A DNA stretch of 64,000 nt from an uncultured delta proteobacterium. GTDB lineage: Bacteria > Myxococcota_A > Polyangia > Polyangiales > Houyiibacteriaceae. Under the pieces are notes generated by a model that was not told the origin of the DNA, ran no database searches, and was given only the letters and a program-made list of their open reading frames with translations. This document shows, piece after piece, positions 30,601 to 41,465 of the stretch. Position 1 is the stretch's first letter. Every line of letters begins with the position of its first letter. A program made the translations under genes and the position numbers. Location of the stretch: assembly GCA_963699755.1 (NCBI GenBank), contig CAVOVB010000004.1:1-64000 (forward strand), in the 5' to 3' direction.

Positions 30601-31221
30601 TCAACGCACTTCGACGCGCATGCCTCGAGAAACCCAGTGTGAAAGCCGCCTAATCTGCTCGTTCGTCAGGGCAATGCACCCTTGGGTCCAGTCGAACCCG
30701 TCGTGTATTCGCCTGTCGCCGGCCCCTAGCCCGTGAATGCCCAGGTGCCCACCGAGTGGCGTATCCTGAGGCGGCGACTTCTTGTTCCTGGACGCAAGCG
30801 CGATGCGCTGGTAGTCCTCGGTATCGATTCGTCCTGCCTCGAGCGCCCGTAGTGCGTGCTCCGGCCGCGGATAATCGATGCCGAAGAAAACGAGGAATCG
30901 CGAATTGCGCTTGATGCGATCGATGTGAAAGGTGCCGAGCGGCGTGGTTGCGTCGCCGCGCATTCTGTCCAGGGACAGGCCGCCACGTCCAATGGCCACA
31001 TTGTGGAAACGGTCGAGCAGCCGCCCGTCCCGAAACACCGACAGCGTGTGTCTCTTCGCGTCGACCAGAATCCATGCGTCAGTAACCGGTTTCTCCGCGT
31101 GAGCAGGTCCTTGCGCAGCGGCCACACCGATACATATCGCTACCGCCCCGAGTAGTAGCCCCTCGCGACTTCGCCACCTGCGCCGTAGCGGCGGACGGTT
31201 GCGCGGGTTGATCATATGCAT
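30601..31221 (-). CDS. YkuD-family L,D-transpeptidase-like protein (YafK/DpaA-like)
   Basis: GDATTPLGTF, IDYP, PPQDTPLGGHLGIHG..WTQGCIAL. Confidence 0.85.
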   Translation of the reverse strand: MHMINPRNRPPLRRRWRSREGLLLGAVAICIGVAAAQGPAHAEKPVTDAWILVDAKRHTLSVFRDGRLLDRFHNVAIGRGGLSLDRMRGDATTPLGTFHIDRIKRNSRFLVFFGIDYPRPEHALRALEAGRIDTEDYQRIALASRNKKSPPQDTPLGGHLGIHGLGAGDRRIHDGFDWTQGCIALTNEQIRRLSHWVSRGMRVEVR

Positions 31222-31268
31222 ATGAAATCAAGTCCTTTGACGCCTGTCAAAGAGCCCTCCACGCGGGG

Positions 31269-32075
31269 CTAGGCAGCCTCCGTCAGGGCCATCGTTTGGA
31301 TGTAGTCGCGGGCGAGCGCGGAGTTGTCGTGGTTCCAGGGGTGGAACCCGGGTTCGAGGTACTCCTTGAACGCGCTCCGGATCACGTCTTGGGGACTGCG
31401 GTGTCGCCCCTCGAGCTTCGTGGACCGCAGCTCGGCGAGGGCCCCTCCGACGGTCATTCCATCTTGCTCGACGAGCATCCGGAATGCCCTAAGCCACCAT
31501 GCCAACAAGAGGGTTGTGGCGATGACGAGTCCGGCGACCCGAACCGTGTAGCGAGAGTCGACGCGGCGGAGCACGTCATAGGCCACCGCTTTGTGCTCGA
31601 TTTCTTCGGCGGCGTGCCAAAGCAGCAGCGACTTCACCTCGGGGTGCATTTCTTCGAAGATCGGCGAGCGAAGCGCATTGTCCGCGAGCGAAGCGGTAAA
31701 ATGCTCGCAGGCGGCGGTGGCCGACAGTCGCAGCAGCGGCGGCATCAGGGGCTCGACGATTCCAGACATCACCCGATCGTAGGCGTCGAGGAATGGCCGA
31801 ACCTCGAAACCCTGTGACTCGAGGAAGCTCGCAAAGCGCTGATGCTCCCGCGCGTGATTGCCTTCCTGACCGAAGAAACAGCGGATCTGCTCTATCAGCT
31901 CCGGATCATCCTCGACGCGATCGATGTAGTGGCGAACGCTGCGGATGAAAAACCGTTCGCCGACCGGGAAGAGCAGGTTCAGCGCATTTGACAGGTGGGT
32001 CGCCGCCCGGTGTCCGGCAAACCAGTAACGAGGCGCGGCACCGAAAGGAATACGAACGTTTCGAACCTGGATCAT
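31269..32075 (-). CDS. Predicted metal-dependent hydrolase
   Basis: FPVGERFFIRSV, QEGNHAREH, EHFTA, WHAAEEIEHKAVAYDV, PGFHPW. Confidence 0.88.
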   Translation of the reverse strand: MIQVRNVRIPFGAAPRYWFAGHRAATHLSNALNLLFPVGERFFIRSVRHYIDRVEDDPELIEQIRCFFGQEGNHAREHQRFASFLESQGFEVRPFLDAYDRVMSGIVEPLMPPLLRLSATAACEHFTASLADNALRSPIFEEMHPEVKSLLLWHAAEEIEHKAVAYDVLRRVDSRYTVRVAGLVIATTLLLAWWLRAFRMLVEQDGMTVGGALAELRSTKLEGRHRSPQDVIRSAFKEYLEPGFHPWNHDNSALARDYIQTMALTEAA

Positions 32076-32247
32076 GTCACTCTACAGAACGCTAGGCTAG
32101 CATTCACCGATGCTCAGTAAAGGCGCCGGCGGTTTCGAGGCGATGGTCTCAGGCATGGTATCCTCCCGCCTGGCGCCAGGTTGGCGGATGATGCTGGTCG
32201 ATCGGACGGTGATTGAGTTCGCCCTCAAGGAGGACATCTCGAAATCG

Positions 32248-33723
32248 ATGAAGCTTGCCGTGCTCGCGGTGATGCTGGCTCTCTTGTCGCAGGGCTGTCT
32301 GCCCACGGATCAGGAGGCGCCATCGATCGAGCCTAGCGCAGTCATCAAGAAGATCGCCGGTCGCGGCATCGCTCCGCCGAACATCATTGTGATCGTGGCG
32401 GACGACCTCGGATACGGTGACCTCGGATCCTACGGGGGCCGGGCGATTCGAACACCGGAGATCGACGCCCTCGCGAAGGACGGCATTCGGTTCACCGATT
32501 TCCATGCGAGCGACTCGGTCTGCACGCCGTCACGGGCGGGGCTACTCACCGGTCGCTATCCGGCGCGGATGGGGTTGGACGTTCCGCTGATGCCCGAAAA
32601 GATGTCCTGGTCGCACACGCTCACGATCGGCTTGGGCTATCTAGCGGGCAAGCTCGGCATCATCGACCTGGCGACGCAAGGCGCCGCCACCGGCCTGCAT
32701 CAGAACGAGATCACTTTGGCGGAGGCCCTGCGGGTCGGCGGCTACGCAACTGGGATGGTCGGAAAGTGGCATCTCGGAGATTTTGCTTCCAACCCGGCGC
32801 ACAATCCGCTCGAGCACGGTTTTGATTTCTATTTCGGAGTCCCGTACAGCAACGACATGCACCCGCTGCCACTGTATCGCAATCGGGAGCAGCTGGTCGC
32901 CAACGTAGACGACCAGGCCGTTCTGACTGGGCGCTACACAGAAGAAGCCATCCGCTTCATCGCGTCATCGCGGGAAGGTCCGTTCTTTCTATACTTCGCG
33001 CACACCTTTCCCCACCGGCCGCTGTTCGCCTCTGATCGCTTCCAAAACCGCTCCAAGGGCGGCATCTTCGGTGACACGGTGGAGGAGGTCGACTGGAGCG
33101 TCGGTGAGCTGTTGGCAGCACTGGAGCAGTACGGACTTGCGGACAATACGCTGGTTGTCTTCACCAGTGACAATGGCCCTTGGTACCAGGGCAGCCCCGG
33201 CGGGTTTCGAGGCCGCAAGGGGCAGAGCTACGAGGGGGGTCACCGCGTGCCCTTTGTTGCTCGATGGCCTCGGCGAATCGCAGCTGGAACGATCTCAGAG
33301 GAGCCGGCCATGAACATCGACCTATTCCCGACCTGCCTTGCGCTTGCCGGGCTATCGTCGCCCGCGGATCGAACCGTCGATGGCCAGAACATTCTCGAGT
33401 TGCTCACTGTCCCAGACAGCGTGTCACCTCATCAATCGCTCTACTTCTACCACCAAGGGGAGCTCGAAGGCGTCCGCACCGGGAAGTGGAAGTATCTGCG
33501 CGCGATCAATCACTATGTCTGGCCCCTGCCTTTGAACAAGAAAAGCGGTGGAATGAGCGAGCACACCACGGGGCCGCTTCCCCTGCTGTTCAACCTCGAG
33601 ATCGACCCCGGAGAGTCATATGACTTGAGCGATAAGCACTCGGACGTGGCCCGGCGACTGGCCGACCGGATGACACAGTGGGAAGCGGACCTGGCAACCA
33701 ACCGAAAAGGGTGGAAGCGGTAG
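32248..33723 (+). CDS. Arylsulfatase A-like sulfatase, probable lipoprotein
   Basis: PNIIVIVADDLGYGD, formylglycine motif CTPSRAGLLTGR, GKWHLG, SDNG; SQG-C lipobox-like sequence. Confidence 0.93.
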   Translation: MKLAVLAVMLALLSQGCLPTDQEAPSIEPSAVIKKIAGRGIAPPNIIVIVADDLGYGDLGSYGGRAIRTPEIDALAKDGIRFTDFHASDSVCTPSRAGLLTGRYPARMGLDVPLMPEKMSWSHTLTIGLGYLAGKLGIIDLATQGAATGLHQNEITLAEALRVGGYATGMVGKWHLGDFASNPAHNPLEHGFDFYFGVPYSNDMHPLPLYRNREQLVANVDDQAVLTGRYTEEAIRFIASSREGPFFLYFAHTFPHRPLFASDRFQNRSKGGIFGDTVEEVDWSVGELLAALEQYGLADNTLVVFTSDNGPWYQGSPGGFRGRKGQSYEGGHRVPFVARWPRRIAAGTISEEPAMNIDLFPTCLALAGLSSPADRTVDGQNILELLTVPDSVSPHQSLYFYHQGELEGVRTGKWKYLRAINHYVWPLPLNKKSGGMSEHTTGPLPLLFNLEIDPGESYDLSDKHSDVARRLADRMTQWEADLATNRKGWKR

Positions 33724-33832
33724 ACCGCCAGGTTTGCCGGGATGGCGCCGCTCCGGATGCTCCGGTGTTCTGGTGCAACGTCCGATGGCCGCTCCGACCG
33801 CGCCGAATCAACGCTAGGGCATGGACTTCATG

Positions 33833-35722
33833 TCAGGGCACTTCGTAGCTGGTGGCAGACAAGCACCTCGCACCCTGATATTCGATCAGCCCGTTGGGCG
33901 GAGTCAGTGTGATCAGGTCGCCCGAGCTGATCGGTTGGGGTGAGCCACTGAGGGGCCATGATTGCTGTGCTCCCGCTGGGACCTGGCCGTACGCGACGGG
34001 TGGATCGAAGCCGGTATCCGAGTACACACTCCAGATTGGTCCGGCGAGTGGGCTCAACACGATCAGCGCCTGGGCGCCCACTGCGGGATCCCATGTGATT
34101 TCGCCAGTGCCATCGTCGTAGTTGATTTCCGGGAGCGGAACGAAACAGAACCCGAGCTCGAGATTGAGGTTGATCGATTCGCTCGGACACGTGAGAAAGC
34201 TCCGACGCGACTCGTAGAAGAAACTAGCAAGACCATCGGACTCATTCACCGAGGCTGTTACCGCCAGCAAGGTAGCGTGCGCATTGGAGACCTCGAACTG
34301 GCCGCTGCCGTCGCTGAGAACAGCCGGCGCACAAGTAGCACCGCAGATGCCTTCCGCCAGGTCCGGATCGAGCAGCTCGTCTTCGGCGAACACCACGACG
34401 TTTGCAACCGGTGCACCTTCCCTACGCACAGTTCCGTCTACGGTGCAGATCCCCGGCTGCACCTCGTTCGCCGGAACCAGCCCGAGCTCCCCAATCACCA
34501 TGCAACCGCTCGGACAAGTGGCGGAATCGGTTGTGAGCTCGGTCTCACTGAAGCGGTAGGTCTTTCCGCCGTTCTGGAAGGTCAACAGTACGGAAAGGGT
34601 TTCACCGCTGGTTCCATTCCCGTCCAGGTCTTCGCCGGGTTTCTCCGATCGGCGGGCATCCACGCAGAACGATCCATCTTCTTTGGTGGTGAAGGGTTGC
34701 GAGTTGCCGATGAAATTCACTCCCCGGACTGTTCCGGTGGCTCCTTTGATGGGCTTGCCTTCTTCGTCCACCACAACCCCGCCCATGCATGTGTTGTCTT
34801 CCAGGGGCCAGTCCACGTTCCAGTACGAAAAATGGGTTACTTCGGCTTCGGCAAAGAGCGTTCCTGAGTAGGAGCCATCGTGAATGCTGGCCAGGTCCGC
34901 TTCGGCGATGAGCGCTCCTCCGGCGTCCCGAATCTGCCCGGTTCCCTCCATGACCCAGTCCCCAGCGATCTCGTCGAAGTAGAACATGGGTACGGTGACC
35001 CGGTCATCACCGGGCATGATGTCCACGATCGCTTCCCAGGTATCCCGAGGCATCCGCATGCTGATGGTCGCCGGCTCACCGGGCTGAAGCTCCTCGATCA
35101 GATCGCCGCTTTCGTCCCTGAGCTCGAATGCCCCGAAGACGGCCGAGATCAGCATATTGCCTTGATTGTCTGAAAAAGAACCCGGAAAACGGTCCGCGTC
35201 CGACGCGGGGTTGAAGACCTTGGCGTAGCCAGAAGACACCTGGATGCTGGTGATGGACACCGTTCCAGCATCGTCCCGGCACCGGCTGTTCTCGCACAGC
35301 AACTCTTCCATCTCCGTCAAGGTTCCGTCCAGCGTGACATCCGCAAGCGCCTCGACTTTCACCGTCCGGATCAATTTTGCGTATCGGTCTTCTTCGAAGG
35401 TGACAACGGTAGTCTTGCCCTCCTCAGCTGGAGCATTCAAAGAATACTTGCCGTCTTCGCCCGCAAGGCCGGATGCGCTTTCGTTTGCTTCGATGGAACC
35501 ATCTCCGTCCCGGTCAAGGCTGGCCGTGACTCGTGCACCGTCGGCTGGATGCACCCCCTGCCCAGACGAAGACAGCAGGAAGAGTTGACCGGCAACCACG
35601 ATGGTATCACCTGCCCCGCCCGCACCGGCGGAACCACCGCCGCCACCCTGCGTCTCACCGCAGCCAAGCAACGACACCAGGCCCAGCGCGCAGAGGCACA
35701 GGAATCCGAATAAGCAACGCAT
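33833..35722 (-). CDS. Secreted lipoprotein with carboxypeptidase-regulatory-like beta domains
   Basis: LLG-C lipobox, Gly linker, PMFYFDE..G.W..EG and EVTHFSYWNVD. Confidence 0.78.
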   Translation of the reverse strand: MRCLFGFLCLCALGLVSLLGCGETQGGGGGSAGAGGAGDTIVVAGQLFLLSSSGQGVHPADGARVTASLDRDGDGSIEANESASGLAGEDGKYSLNAPAEEGKTTVVTFEEDRYAKLIRTVKVEALADVTLDGTLTEMEELLCENSRCRDDAGTVSITSIQVSSGYAKVFNPASDADRFPGSFSDNQGNMLISAVFGAFELRDESGDLIEELQPGEPATISMRMPRDTWEAIVDIMPGDDRVTVPMFYFDEIAGDWVMEGTGQIRDAGGALIAEADLASIHDGSYSGTLFAEAEVTHFSYWNVDWPLEDNTCMGGVVVDEEGKPIKGATGTVRGVNFIGNSQPFTTKEDGSFCVDARRSEKPGEDLDGNGTSGETLSVLLTFQNGGKTYRFSETELTTDSATCPSGCMVIGELGLVPANEVQPGICTVDGTVRREGAPVANVVVFAEDELLDPDLAEGICGATCAPAVLSDGSGQFEVSNAHATLLAVTASVNESDGLASFFYESRRSFLTCPSESINLNLELGFCFVPLPEINYDDGTGEITWDPAVGAQALIVLSPLAGPIWSVYSDTGFDPPVAYGQVPAGAQQSWPLSGSPQPISSGDLITLTPPNGLIEYQGARCLSATSYEVP

Positions 35723-35834
35723 GAGAAATCCCCACTCCGGACCCACCCGACTCGGGCAGGTCACAGCGCAGATCATGCAACCTGGGTCGCCGTGGCGCCC
35801 GTGACTATTTGCATTCTCTTGCTTTGCTCACACG

Positions 35835-35850
35835 CGCAAAGGTTGCGCCA
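35835..35850 (-). promoter_or_regulatory. Putative sigma54 promoter
   Basis: TGGCGCAACCTTTGCG on the minus strand (GG-N10-GC), upstream of ATG 35722. Confidence 0.5.
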
Positions 35851-35978
35851 CGATCGTCGGAAAGGTGTCGGGAAAGCATTCTGATTCCCACCGGTCGGCA
35901 TCAACGCGCGCAGCATTTGCGCTGCGTCTTTTGGCGGGTCGCAGCTCTCCAGCAGCAGGCTTCGGAAGCAACCTTTGG

Positions 35979-36941
35979 TCACCCTCCATTCGGCTGCCCC
36001 ATCCGCAATGGGCCACCCGGCAGAGTGGCCCACGGTAGGCAGCCATCACCCGACGTCGTGCAACGGACTTCCATCTGCTGCGAGGACGACGAGGTTGCCC
36101 GAGTTGGCGACGTCCGGTGCACCATAGGTGGCAAAGAGGACCTCGGGTGACCCGTCCTGGTTGAGGTCTGCAACAACCGGCTCCGACGCGTACATGACTG
36201 CCTGACCGTGCATGTAGTTGAACCGCCACAAGAGATGCGCGCCCGCGTCGAATGTGTAGAGGAAACCGTCGTTGAGAGATACGATTATCTCGGGTCGGTC
36301 GTCGCCCTGGAGGTTCACCGTAACAGCCGCAGGAGCTCCGAGCGGCGGATGCCAACCATCGACAAGAATGGGATCTTCGCCACGCGGTAGATTCTCCCAT
36401 CCCGACGGGCGCATCGCGGAGCGCGAGCCGTCTTCTTGCGCTCCCTCGAGCACCATCAGTGCGTACGCTTGTGTTTCGTAGGGCTCGTGCATCTCGACGT
36501 TGGGGATTCCCAGCACCTCGTTGTCGCCGTCGCCATCGACATCGACGATGTTCGGCAGAGAGGCCGTCCACTAGAGCCATTCCGCCCAGGCCGGGTGCGG
36601 CCATTCGCCGCTGTGGTCATGATAGTGGTCCGCTTCGACCTGAGGGTCCGGCCAGCGGATGAACTGCCCCCAAGTCAGGCGTTGCCGTGCAAATTCCGAG
36701 CTACGGTTCGTGAACCAGGGTGCGCTAGCGAGGTTGGCGATGAACACCGCTCTTGCACCTCTCCCTGATTCTCCCCTGCCGCGCAGATCGCATCGCGCTC
36801 CCCTTCTGTGCTGCTGCCTCCGCCGCGTAGCCCGTTGTCGTTGCCCGCGCTGCTGCATGCGGTCGTTCGGACAAACAAGAGAAGAAGCGCAACTCCACGC
36901 CTGGGTCCCCAGTCTCCATCAATCCCCCGAGTGCCGAGCAT
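35979..36941 (-). pseudogene. FG-GAP/VCBS-repeat protein remnant
   Basis: VDVDGDGDNEV, VNLQGDDRPEI, ADLNQDGSPEV; in-frame TAG at 36571 plus frameshifts; ends approximate. Confidence 0.65.
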
Positions 36942-37189
36942 TCAACAATGCCCGCCATTAATTGTACCGGTCGAAAGAGGACTACCAAAGCCGCTTGCGT
37001 ATGGGTGAGCGCAATTCCGCGAACGCCTGCTTTCATGATGCGCATTGCCCTCGTGGCGCATGGGCTTCACCGGACCTCGGTTGCCAAATCAAGACGAAAT
37101 CGAGGCGCCTAGAATGCCCCCAGGCGCAAGATCTGCGCGAGTTGGCGATTGGAGTCGCCGGAAATTGCCCGGAGCTGTGGTTCATCCGA

Positions 37190-37205
37190 CGGCATGAACT
37201 TTGCG
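37190..37205 (+). promoter_or_regulatory. Putative sigma54 promoter of the HPF-CSD/archease/rtcB operon
   Basis: CGGCATGAACTTTGCG (GG-N10-GC with TTGC), ~28 nt before ATG 37234, which has SD GAGGAG. Confidence 0.6.
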
Positions 37206-37233
37206 TGGTCGAAGGATGACGAGGAGTCGATCG

Positions 37234-37800
37234 ATGCAACACCCCCTGCAAATCACGTTCAAAGAGATGGAGCCCTCCGAAGCCGTCGAGAAGTGGGTAG
37301 AGGAGCGTGCGGCCAAGCTGGAGAAGTCTTATGCACCCATCATCCACTGCCACGTGGTCATCGAGGCGCCTCATCGGCGTTCCCGCCATGGCCGACTCTA
37401 TGGGGTTCGGATCGACATCACCGTCCCGGGCGGTGAAGTCGTGGTGAGTCAGCAGGGGCCGAAGGACCACGCTCATGAGGACGTGTACGTCGCGCTTCGA
37501 GATGCTTTCCGTGCCGCTCGGCGTCAACTTCAAGATGTAGCCCGAAAGCAACGCCGGGAGGTCAAGCGGCATGAGCCCCAAAGGCGCGCGCAAGTCACCA
37601 AGCTCTATCTCGCGGAAGGCTACGGCTTTCTCGAGGGGAGTGACGAAGTCGAGGTCTATTTTCACCGTAATGCGGTGCTCCATGGGGCGTTCGACGACCT
37701 CCGCATCGGTAGCCTCGTGCGGTACGTGCTGGCAGAGGGTGAAGGCAAAGCCGGGCCACAAGCCAGCACGGTGGAGCTCATCGGCGAAGTGGAGCCATAG
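37234..37800 (+). CDS. HPF/RaiA-family ribosome-associated protein fused to a cold-shock domain
   Basis: [33 protein letters not shown]-terminal [20 protein letters not shown]. Confidence 0.9.
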   Translation: MQHPLQITFKEMEPSEAVEKWVEERAAKLEKSYAPIIHCHVVIEAPHRRSRHGRLYGVRIDITVPGGEVVVSQQGPKDHAHEDVYVALRDAFRAARRQLQDVARKQRREVKRHEPQRRAQVTKLYLAEGYGFLEGSDEVEVYFHRNAVLHGAFDDLRIGSLVRYVLAEGEGKAGPQASTVELIGEVEP

Positions 37801-37804
37801 CCCA

Positions 37805-38236
37805 ATGACCTCGCGTCCGCAGCCGTGCTGGGAGCACTTTGCCCACGATGCGGACATTGGCGTTCGCGGCCGTGGGCAATCGCTGGACATCGCCTTCGAG
37901 CAGGCTGCGCTTGGACTCACCGCCCTCGTTACCGATCCGAGCCTCGTGCGAAGCGACGAGCGGGTAGAGATCAGCTGCGAGGCACCGACCCTAGACGTGC
38001 TCCTCGTCGACTGGCTCAATGCGCTCATCTACGAGATGACAACGCGGTCGATGTTGTTCGGCCGCTTTCGTGTCAAGATCGACCGGCTCACGCTATCTGC
38101 ATTGGCACAGGGCGAACCTGTCGACCGTCGGCGCCACGAGCCCGCGGTAGAACCCAAGGGCGCGACGTTCACCGAGCTCCGAGTCAGCCACGACGACGAA
38201 GGACAGTGGATCGCGCAATGCGTCGTCGATGTGTGA
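37805..38236 (+). CDS. Archease
   Basis: [27 protein letters not shown]-terminal VVDV. Confidence 0.92.
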   Translation: MTSRPQPCWEHFAHDADIGVRGRGQSLDIAFEQAALGLTALVTDPSLVRSDERVEISCEAPTLDVLLVDWLNALIYEMTTRSMLFGRFRVKIDRLTLSALAQGEPVDRRRHEPAVEPKGATFTELRVSHDDEGQWIAQCVVDV

Positions 38237-38257
38237 ATCGGGGGGCTAGGAGGAAGC

Positions 38258-39688
38258 ATGGACATCAGCGCACTGCACCAGACATCCGAAGACCAATGGA
38301 TGCTCCGTGCCACGGGCAAGATGCGTGTTCCGGTGATCTTCTATGCCGACCGGACGCTGCTACAGGGAATGGATGAAAAGGTACGTGAGCAAGCCACCAA
38401 CGTTGCGACGTTGCCGGGGATTGTTCAGGCAAGCTATGTGATGCCCGACGGGCATTGGGGTTACGGCTTTCCCATCGGCGGAGTGGCCGCCTTCGATGCA
38501 AACGAAGGGGGTGTCGTATCGGCTGGGGGCGTGGGATTTGATATCTCCTGCGGTGTCCGCTGCTTGCTGACCGGATTGCAGACAGACGACATCGAGCCTG
38601 TGAAAGAGCAGCTTGCCGATGCGTTGTTCAGGCACATTCCGGCCGGTGTGGGAAGCACTGGTCACCTTCACCTCGACGAAGCCGAGATGTCCGCGATGCT
38701 ACTCGGCGGCGCGCGCTGGGCGGTCGATCGAGGATGGGGCTCAAGGGAGGATCTCGAGCGGATCGAGGAGCACGGTTGCATGCGCGGCGCGGAGCCGAAG
38801 CATGTGTCTCAAAAAGCGCGCGACAGACAGCGCGACGAGATGGGAACACTCGGCTCGGGAAACCACTACCTCGAGGTGCAGCGTGTCGCGGAGATCTTCG
38901 CGCCCGGCGTGGCCTCCGAGCTATCAATTGCGGAGGGCGACGTGGTCGTCGCCATTCACTGCGGGTCGAGGGGGCTTGGGCATCAGATTGGCACCGAGTA
39001 TCTGCGTGAGATGGCCATCACCTCCGAGGAGCACGGCATCGAGCTTCCCGATCGCGAGCTTGCTTGTGCTCCGTTGCGTTCCGAGGTGGGCCGTCGATAT
39101 CTCGGCGCCATGCGCGCTGGGATCAACTGCGCGCTCGCCAACCGGCAGATCATCACGCATCTCACGCGCCAGGTGTTTAGCGGCCTGTTGCCGAAGGCCG
39201 AGCTTCCGCTGCTCTACGATGTCTCCCACAACACCTGCAAAGAGGAAGAGCACGTCGTCGATGGCATGCGAAGGCGTTTGTTCGTTCATCGAAAGGGGGC
39301 CACACGCGCATTCGGGCCGGGACATCCCGAGCTGCCGGAACAGCTTCGCACGATCGGCCAACCGGTGTTGATCGGGGGCAGCATGGGAACCGAATCCTGG
39401 GTACTCGTCGGCACGGCAGGGGGCATGGTTCTCTCCTTTGGGTCTGCATGCCATGGTGCGGGGCGGCGGATGAGCCGCCACCGCGCCAAGAAGCAATGGC
39501 GCGGCAACAAGGTGATCCAGAATCTCGGACACCGCGGCATCATCGTTCGATCGGTCAGTATGCGAGGCGTCGCGGAGGAAGCACCCGGGGCGTACAAAGA
39601 CGTTCGCGTCGTGGTCGACTCCGCCGATCGAGCAGGGCTCGCGCGCAAGGTCGCACGCCTCGAGCCCATGGTGTGTATCAAGGGTTAG
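38258..39688 (+). CDS. rtcB: RNA-splicing/repair ligase RtcB
   Basis: MPDGHWGYGFPIGG, GFDISCG, GTLGSGNHYLE, HCGSRG, HRKGAT, CHGAGR, EEAPGAYK. Confidence 0.96.
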   Translation: MDISALHQTSEDQWMLRATGKMRVPVIFYADRTLLQGMDEKVREQATNVATLPGIVQASYVMPDGHWGYGFPIGGVAAFDANEGGVVSAGGVGFDISCGVRCLLTGLQTDDIEPVKEQLADALFRHIPAGVGSTGHLHLDEAEMSAMLLGGARWAVDRGWGSREDLERIEEHGCMRGAEPKHVSQKARDRQRDEMGTLGSGNHYLEVQRVAEIFAPGVASELSIAEGDVVVAIHCGSRGLGHQIGTEYLREMAITSEEHGIELPDRELACAPLRSEVGRRYLGAMRAGINCALANRQIITHLTRQVFSGLLPKAELPLLYDVSHNTCKEEEHVVDGMRRRLFVHRKGATRAFGPGHPELPEQLRTIGQPVLIGGSMGTESWVLVGTAGGMVLSFGSACHGAGRRMSRHRAKKQWRGNKVIQNLGHRGIIVRSVSMRGVAEEAPGAYKDVRVVVDSADRAGLARKVARLEPMVCIKG

Positions 39689-39927
39689 GTGTGCTCTAAC
39701 CCCACCCACGTTGACTCGCGACTTCGCAGGATCGGTGGGTGAGCCGCGTGTCTCCGGGCGTCGGTTGTACGCAACGCGCCCGGGCTGAGGCAGAAAGCTT
39801 TTCAGTGCGGAAGCGCAGCCGAGGCTCCAGACCTGAAATCTGTGCTCGGAAGTGCCGCAAGAATGCGCCCATCCCTCGGCCGTCGCCCCACACGACTGCC
39901 GCGCTCACATCGATTGGAATGGACGCG

Positions 39928-40836
39928 CTACGACTGCGCCACGGCCCGGTGCACTCGGCACATGCACCAAGTGCCCTGTGGAAACACGACGCTGCGTAGC
40001 CCCGCGCGCCAATGCTCGAGTGCCTCTCGGTAGGCGTGCCGAAACGCGCGAAGCTCGGCCACGGCCTCAAAGAACATCTTCTTCTGCCCCCGCCCGACCG
40101 CAAAAGTCGGGTTTCGATCTCGGAGCAGCTCAAAACTCGTCGCCCTTCGATACGGCGAGAGTCGACGAATGCGGTCTGCCCCGAGAATGCGCCAACCATG
40201 CTTTCGGATCTCGAGGTGCGCCATTCGTTCTTGGCGCGCGAGCTCTTCTTGGACAGCCTCCCGCAGCGCCTCGGCGCTGTACCTTTGCTTCAGGCTCGGT
40301 GGCAGCGTGAGCGTTAGCGTACCGCAGTCAGGCCACCTTGCGTTCTTCGGGTTGAAGTATGCTTTCGGGCGCTTTGCCGTCCAAACCCGGCGCCCGAGCT
40401 CGTGCGGGAGCACCGTGATGCCGGGCCAGTCCCGTGCATGACGGACTAGACGCGCCTTGACGGGGTTGGCCATCACATACGCGAGCTTCTCGATGACGGC
40501 TTGCTCCGTCAGCAAGCGAACGACCGAGGCTTGCTCTGGCTCCCAGGTGGGCCCCTCCCACTTGCGAAGCACTTTGCTCCCGAGCGACACCAAGCGATGG
40601 AGGTGCCGAAGGAAATCAGGGTGCCGCCCCTTCGTGTCGGTGACGATCAGATGCTCGTGGGTCGACATGAGAGTGACGGCGTGCACGAGGATGCCGAACT
40701 GTCGAGCGCAGATCGCGAGCGTGTAGAGGTAGAGCTGGCGAATGGCGGAATCGGGGCGGAAGAGGTGATGGCGCCGAAGGGTCCGTCGGGTGATCATCAG
40801 GGTGTCGCCGGGGAGCACGAGGCGGGGTTGAGTCAT
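39928..40836 (-). mobile_element. HUH Y1 transposase, REP-associated tyrosine transposase (RAYT)-like
   Basis: ITRRT..LF, LMSTHEHL (HUH), YVMANPVKA (catalytic Tyr). Confidence 0.85.
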
Positions 40837-40979
40837 GGAACAGCTCGAGACGCATGAAGCGGGCCAGGTTTCCCGAATGTGATTTCAATACGTTGCGGTG
40901 GCTGCGGCTGGCGGATACCGTCGACCTCGTTGGCGGACGCCAACGTGGGTTAGGCACGTTCCATTGATTCTGCTCGGCG

Positions 40980-41010
40980 CAACCTGGGTTCGGTTGTCAG
41001 GGTTCGGTTG
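40980..41010. repeat. REP-like imperfect palindrome upstream of the RAYT
   Basis: CAACCTGGGTTCGGTTG followed by a half copy GGGTTCGGTTG. Confidence 0.5.
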
Positions 41011-41465
41011 TTCACTTGAGCTCAGCAAAGTCGACAGTGCGCTCCAACAGTGGGGGCGACAACCGGTCGCTCCCGTCGGGCGCAAGAAGGCTTACTGTGC
41101 CGGTACACTCCGCCTTGCGGCGCTTCTGTCGGTCATGCGGAAGAACGAACCGGCAGTCGAACCGCGCCTACCCGCCTAGGACTCCGCGCACTTTGCGCTC
41201 TGTGACGGTCCCTTGTCCGAACCCTTCAACGTGGTGCAGTGCGTGCTGCGCCGCGTCCCCGTCGACAGATCGAGGACGGAACCTTGATTGCACGCAGTCT
41301 TCATCCAGCACCCTGTGCCCGGGCAACACAAACCCGACCAAGAGCACGTATCGATGGGTAAGTCGCGGTTCGAGCAAGGGCATTCATGGGGCTGCTATTC
41401 CCTTGTTCTCAGCGACGAAACGGGTCTCGGTGCACGTTGGATCTTGCTCGATTGACAGCAGCCGC

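Noticed and set aside
22675..36573. In-frame TAG codons (22675, 24087, 36571) as stop-codon recoding
   Set aside because: Many intact genes here end in TAG, the same regions also carry frameshifts and deletions, and there is no pyl machinery.
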